Shown here: positions 57,881 through 64,000 of the stretch, piece after piece
Layout of the letters: each line of letters starts with the position of its first letter
Position numbering within the stretch: the stretch's first letter is position 1
Source of the DNA: Octopus vulgaris
Lineage: Eukaryota
Length of the DNA stretch: 64,000 bases
Direction of reading: 5' to 3'
Assembly (NCBI GenBank): GCA_951406725.2
Contig: OX597822.1
Location: 55,180,001-55,244,000 of the forward strand
Notes under the pieces: model-generated
Databases searched by the model: none
What the model was told of the DNA's origin: nothing
Seen by the model: the letters and a program-made list of their open reading frames with translations, nothing else
Translations under genes and position numbers: made by a program

Positions 57881-58695
57881 TGTATGTATGTATGTATGTA
57901 TGTATGTATGTATGTATGTATGTATGTATGTATGTGTGCATGCATGAGTGTGTGCACCTTCTTCCTTTACTGATCGACTATCTTGAATGGCTTGGTCGAG
58001 CAAATCGATCACAGGACTTATTTTTTAAAGCTTGGTACTTATTGTATTAGTACCGTGTATGTATGCATGAACGTACGTATGTACGAATGCTCGCAACAAT
58101 AATACAATCCATTGAGAGATACACTGTTATCTATGGATGTCTTTTGTTACAATCGGTTACTGTAAAACTTTTCACTGCAAAATTATATTTCAACACGTCT
58201 ACTTAATGAACTACATAAACCATTGCTAACTAGTCATTACTAATTAATCCTAATGCATTGTATCAATTATGCATTATATAATTGTCGTCACTTACTCTGT
58301 CGAATGAGATAAAAAAAATAATGCAAATAATAGTAAGAAATTATGTGAGTTCCTATGGCTCCAGGAAGCTAAAAACTAGTGATGATCGACAAGGTTGAAA
58401 GCAAGACTAGTTTCTAAATCCAAATGTGCCCTTTCGCAACTTCGAATATAATATTTTTCTCCTTTTTTCGCTCACTGCCTTTTGTTTTTTTAAAACTTTA
58501 TGGTTAAAGCGTTAAACTTGATTTAAAATACCGAATTATTATTAACCATTCAACTGGCTGGTGTATTATGTAACAATAGTCCATTAAAGTAAAATATTAA
58601 TAACTACTAAATAAAATATACTGCTAGCTCTGTCTGTCTCTTTCTCACGCTGTCACGCTGTCTTTCCTCTCCCCCATACACACTCGTGCATGTGT

Positions 58696-58764
<69 letters not shown>

Positions 58765-59350
58765 CGTACGTATGTGTATATATGTATAATGATATGTCGT
58801 GGTACTGTCGGTCACGACGACGACGAGGGTTCCAGTTGATCCGCTCAATTGAACAGCCTGCTCGTGAAATTAACGTGCAAGTGGTTGAGCACTCCACAGA
58901 CACGTGTACCCATAACGAAGTTCTCGGGGAGATTCAGCATGACACAGAATGTGACAAGGCTGACCCTTCGAAATACAGGTACAACAGAAACAGGAAGAAA
59001 GAGTGTAAGAAAATTGTGGTGAAAGAGTACAGCAGAGTTCGCTGGAGTATCGTGGAACTTTAGGTGTTTTTGCTCAATAAACACTCACAACGGCTGGTCT
59101 TGGAATCTAAACTGCGACCCTACGACCGCTGCCCTAACCACTGGGCCATTGCGCCTCCACATAACAATATGTATATATAAGTATAAATATGTGTGCATGT
59201 GTGTGTGTATAATGATATGCATATACCTATATATGTATATATATATACTCTCTCTATATATATATATTTACTTTCATACACGCACGCACACACAAACACA
59301 CACACTCACACACATATGCATATATACATATATATTTCACTTGTATTTGC

Positions 59351-59430
<80 letters not shown>

Positions 59431-59688
59431 TAAGATTCAGTTGAATTAGATACTTGAATTGAGGCACCTTGCTAGGTCGGTATAATCCACACAACCAAAC
59501 AATATCAAGAATCCGTGCAGGGATGATTGTAAATGCCGTGTGTAGCAGACAACGCAACGCAGCTAAGTGAAGATATCCGCTGTTGGTAATTCAGACATGT
59601 ACTTTTATAAAGGTACTTTCTATAGCATTTCTGAAGTGCAGATTTCAAATTAGGTGAACATAATTTAAATGAGTAACAAAGTGTCAAT

Positions 59689-59772
59689 TCATTACGCTCG
59701 TTTCAAGCGGCTCATTTAATTGATTAATGAAAACATCACATCAATTTGAAAGAAACCGTTCTCGTCAGATGA
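59689..59772 (-). ncRNA. Hammerhead motif, left arm of fold-back 59682-60068
   Basis: tcat-CTGACGA-gaacgg...ccgctt-GAAA-cgagcg-TA-atga. Confidence 0.65.
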
Positions 59773-59980
59773 CCGCATAGGACTTCAAATATAAAGGATA
59801 TAACCACTTTTTAACATATTTACACCATATTTACAACATATTTAAATTGTTTCTTGTGTCATATATGTGGTAGATTCTGCCACAGATATGACACAAGAAA
59901 TAATGTAAATATTTTTAGTTCCATTATTGATGTAAATATGCTTAAAAGTGATTATATCCTTTATATCCGAAGACTATGCG

Positions 59981-60067
59981 GTCATCTGACAAAAACCGTT
60001 TCTTTAAAATTGATGTGACGTTTTCATTAACCGATTAAAGGAGCCGCTTGAAACGGCCGTAATTGAC
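59981..60067 (+). ncRNA. Hammerhead motif, right arm of fold-back 59682-60068 (G8 to A)
   Basis: gtcat-CTGACAA-...ccgctt-GAAA-cggccg-TA-attgac; palindromic ACGGCCGT. Confidence 0.5.
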
Positions 60068-60108
60068 ATCTGTACATCTTTGTTACATATATATATATGT
60101 TTGTGAAC

Positions 60109-60162
<54 letters not shown>

Positions 60163-60287
60163 GTGCGTGTGCATGTCTCTGTGTGTGTGTGTGTGTGGTG
60201 AATTTATGGAAAGAAATCCCATGAAACTCAACAGTTTAGTTTAAAAGGAAGACAAGTTGTTATAATATATAAGAGAATTTTAATTCA

Positions 60288-60395
60288 TGCAGACGATCGT
60301 TTCGTACAGAGATATAAAAATAATGCAAATTCATGATTGAATTGGATTAAATAAAATTAATTAAATTAATTAATTATCAATATGCTCTTCAGTGA
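60288..60395 (-). ncRNA. Hammerhead motif with long AT-rich stem II loop
   Basis: ca-CTGAAGA-gcata...tgtac-GAAA-cgatcg-TC-tg; palindromic ACGATCGT and GUC triplet; the inverted copy near 61234 has CTGAAGA-gtaca, which restores stem II. Confidence 0.6.
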
Positions 60396-61294
60396 AGGAA
60401 ATATTAACAAAACTTTTACAATGAACTTGAGAAAGAAAACAGCAGAAGAATAGGATCTAGGACATTCTTATTTATCCTTTTGAGAAAGAGATGTGAGTCC
60501 AGTTAGGTATTAACTATAGCTAAAGGCTATAACGGTTATTTTAAAATATAAGTAAAGAGATATCAGAGACGTGCCCTCTATAGATGAGTAAGGAAATTAG
60601 AAATTTTAACTCCAAATAAGTCGGGTAGGGCAAAATTGTATAGAAATGCCCAATGTAAAAGTATGACTATATTTGAATTAAGACATGATCTAACAGTTGA
60701 AAACATTACGTAGTGTGGTATATATTTATAAAAAATTTATACACGAAAATGAAGTTAATCTAGAGGAGATAGTATATAAAAGCCTTATACTAGATAGTTA
60801 ACATATACAAGTATTTGAGAGGTAAAAAGCGTTAAAGAGAGAATAAGATGCGTAAGATGGACTTATGTTTGCATAAGATCTAATGTTCGTAGTATGTATT
60901 AAATATAAAGCAGAAAAATAAGTAAAAACAGAAAAAATAGTTGCTAATATTGCTATTTAGATAGTAAATGCTTGCTGTGTCTATAAAGACGAAAAAGGGA
61001 AGCTGAAATGTAAGAATACGAGGAAATAAATCAATGTTGGGGAGTTAAATGAGCTGGTATGAAAATAGTAAATAAAAAAGTTTATTTTATTTGTATTGAT
61101 ATGTAAGATTATACAGTAACTGTAAGGATAAAAATCTCTTCCTCACAAGGAGAAATATGAATCTCCTAGATTCTATTCTTCTGCTATTTCCTTTCTTAAG
61201 TTCATTGTAAACATTTTCTTTATACTTTCTACACTGAAGAGTACACTCTACATTCAACCTTTTTACACCTCTATATATATTATCCTCTCACACC

Positions 61295-61346
61295 GTCTCC
61301 GATGAAGACATATAATTAATAAATATCCTGGAAACAGCTATGAGAC
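61295..61346 (+). ncRNA. Degenerate hammerhead motif
   Basis: gtct-CCGATGA-ag...ctg-GAAA-cagcta-TG-agac; a related half-motif on the minus strand at 62512-62535 reads GAAA-cagctg-TA-agacc. Confidence 0.4.
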
Positions 61347-61775
61347 CTTCTATCTATAAATGCTCTAATATCTACACAGACTTGGCTTTTTATCTTATTA
61401 CGCACAAAATTCTATATATATATAAGAAATATTAAATTTCTAAATCTCTCGTAGAGACATGTACGGTGGTGGGGCGATAGAATGGTTGTATACTGTCAAT
61501 CTAACAAGAACGTGACAGTAGGGGGTACACCACCACGTATAGCCCTAGAGCTATCGAACGCCTCCTGATGGCTTTGACACATTTTTCCCTGTCTCCTTAT
61601 ATACATTTACGAAGGGGAGCCGGCAGCCGGGGGTGTTTGTCTCCCTTCGTAAATGTATATAAGGACACAGGGAAAAATGTGTCAAAGCCATCAGGAGGCG
61701 TTCGATGCTTCCTAGGCTATACAGCGGTGGTGTACCCCCTACTGTCACGTTCTTGTTATATTGACAGTATACAAC

Positions 61776-61825
<50 letters not shown>

Positions 61826-61920
61826 ATAAAACGGTAAGATAACAAAAGAAAGAAAGAGACCTCAATATTATGTAAATAGAGGAAATTTATCTATACAATA
61901 TGTTACATTACTGGTAGTCA

Positions 61921-61982
61921 AGATAAAACTCTGAGTTTTCAGATGCCGAAGTGGAAATCCACACATATCTCTTCGGTTATCT
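61921..61982 (-). ncRNA. Hammerhead motif, left arm of palindrome 61889-62382
   Basis: agataa-CCGAAGA-gatatgtgtgg attt ccac...catct-GAAAA-ctcagag-TT-ttatct; same family as 30307. Confidence 0.5.
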
Positions 61983-62286
61983 GGCTATTTGAAAACGTTA
62001 TGAAAAATACCGTTAAAAATGAAGGGAAATTAGTCCTGTTATAACTCTGCTTTGCCTGCGTATTATACATCGACTCGCATTTTTCGTCATAAAAATTATA
62101 TAAAAATACATAAAAATATATAAAAATATATAAAAATATATATTTTTATATATTTTTATGTATTTTTATATAATTTTTATGACGAAAAATGCGAGCGATG
62201 TATAAGTACGCAGGCAAAGCAGAGTTATAACAGAGTAATTTCCCTTCATTTTTAACGGTATTTTTTCATAACGTTTTCAAATAGCC

Positions 62287-62349
62287 AGATAACCGAAGAG
62301 ATGGTGTTGTGGATTTCCACTTCGGCATCTGAAACTCAGAGTTTTATCT
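62287..62349 (+). ncRNA. Hammerhead motif, right arm of palindrome 61889-62382 (CCGAAGA variant)
   Basis: agataa-CCGAAGA-gatgg...catct-GAAA-ctcagag-TT-ttatct. Confidence 0.6.
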
Positions 62350-62378
62350 TGACTACCGAGTAATGTAACATATTGTAT

Positions 62379-62442
<64 letters not shown>

Positions 62443-62534
62443 ATATATAAATTTTCAGAATGAGATAAAAATCCAAGGCTGCGAAAGATTTTAAAACATT
62501 TATAAATAGAAGGTCTTACAGCTGTTTCTGGATT

Positions 62535-63393
62535 TATTCTTTGTAAGCCTAGTGCTTATTCTACCGGCCTCTTTTGCCGAACCGCTAAGTTAATGGGACT
62601 TTAACACACCAACATTTGTTGTCAAGTGATACTGTGGTGACAAACACAGACACAAAGATACACACACATAAATATATATACATATATATACATACATATA
62701 TACATACACACACACACGTGTGTGTGTGTATGTGTGTGTACGACGGGCTTTTTTCAGTTTCCGTCTACCAAATCCAATCACAAGGCTTTGGTCGGCTCGA
62801 GGCTATAGTGGAAGACACTTGCCCAAGGTACCACCCGTGGGACTGAACCCGGAACCATGAGGTTGGGAAGCAAGCTACTTACCACACAGCCACGCCTGCA
62901 CATGCTCAGTCCACTCCTGGACGAAAAATTCACTGGCCTATTGCATTTACAATACTGAGAATTACAATCTAGTGACTCTCTTTGCTCTTTTTGCTCTTTT
63001 ACTTGTTTCAGTCATGTGAGTGTGGCCATGCTGGAGCACCGCCTTTAGTCGATCAAATCGACCCCGGGACTTATTCTTTGTAAGCCCAGTACTTATTTTA
63101 TCGGTCTCTTTTTTGCCGAACCGCTAAGTTACGGGGACTTTAACACACCAGCATTGGTTATCAAGCGATGCTAGGGGGACAAACACAGACACACAAACAC
63201 ACACACATATATATATATATACATATATACGACAGGCTTCTTTCAGTTTCCGTCTACCAAATCCACTCACAAGGCATTGGTCGGCCCGAGGCTATAGTAG
63301 AAGACACTTGCCCAAGATGCCACGCAGTGGGACTGAACCCGGAACCATGTGGTTGGTTAGCAAGCTACTTACCACACAGCCACTCCTGCGCCT
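62535..63393 (-). mobile_element. Two tandem SINE family A copies (62535-62898, 62976-63393)
   Basis: Reverse-complement match to family A. Confidence 0.8.
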
Positions 63394-63787
63394 ATCTACT
63401 AACTTTTCGTTTTTTTTTTTTCACTCGGTAGTTATATTTTCGCCGATATAGATCAATGAAAGAAACAACCCACGCCACATACATTAGTGAAGAGTCACTG
63501 GTTGTTCAGTGCAGCATTACTCTGAGATTCATACAGGCATAATCGTGCGATATGTATTTCTGATGCTTCGGAATGATATGGTGGATGTGAATAATGCTGG
63601 AAGTTGCCATGTTTGTTGTGTACATACATGCGCGCGCACAGACAGACAGACAGACACACCGCGCGCACACAGACAAACAGACAGACACACCGCGCGCACA
63701 AACAGACAGACAGACACACACTCGTATACATCTACTCACGCACACCATCAAAAGCACACGCACATATACATGAGCGCACACACGCAC

Positions 63788-63837
<50 letters not shown>

Positions 63838-64000
63838 TACATACACCCACCCACACAGACACAGGGGTTATATTTAAAAACTGTATAAAACATCATTTAG
63901 GAATTATCGAAAACAAATGTAAACTTATGAATGACTGCATGGAGATTAGCAGGTAGAAAAATAGAATGGTATAAATGTGTAGTAAATAAGTAATAGATAA

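Overview
AT-rich, microsatellite- and retroelement-dense animal genomic DNA; the SINE families resemble those of octopus (inference). The only host gene I can support is a TRPA1-like ankyrin-repeat ion channel on the minus strand. Fourteen phase-compatible GT-AG exons from 34907 down to 2363 give 619 codons of ankyrin array and linker. A candidate first coding exon lies at 43906-43935, and the transmembrane exons fall left of the window. Two exons appear twice because a ~2.8 kb segment is duplicated around a 100-N gap, probably an assembly overlap. Introns and upstream DNA hold Penelope-like, RTE, RLE-type (R4/Dong/NeSL-like), CR1, Tc1/maT and hAT remnants and three SINE families. The most striking unannotated signal, found by reading both strands, is about 14 near-complete and several degenerate minimal type-I hammerhead-ribozyme motifs (YYGANRA..stem II..GAAA-short, usually palindromic stem III-UH). 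They lie in short modules usually next to (TA)n tracts. Several form fold-back hairpins with one ribozyme on each arm, and one lies just 3' of a Penelope GIY-YIG remnant. All structures were assigned by eye and no activity is shown.
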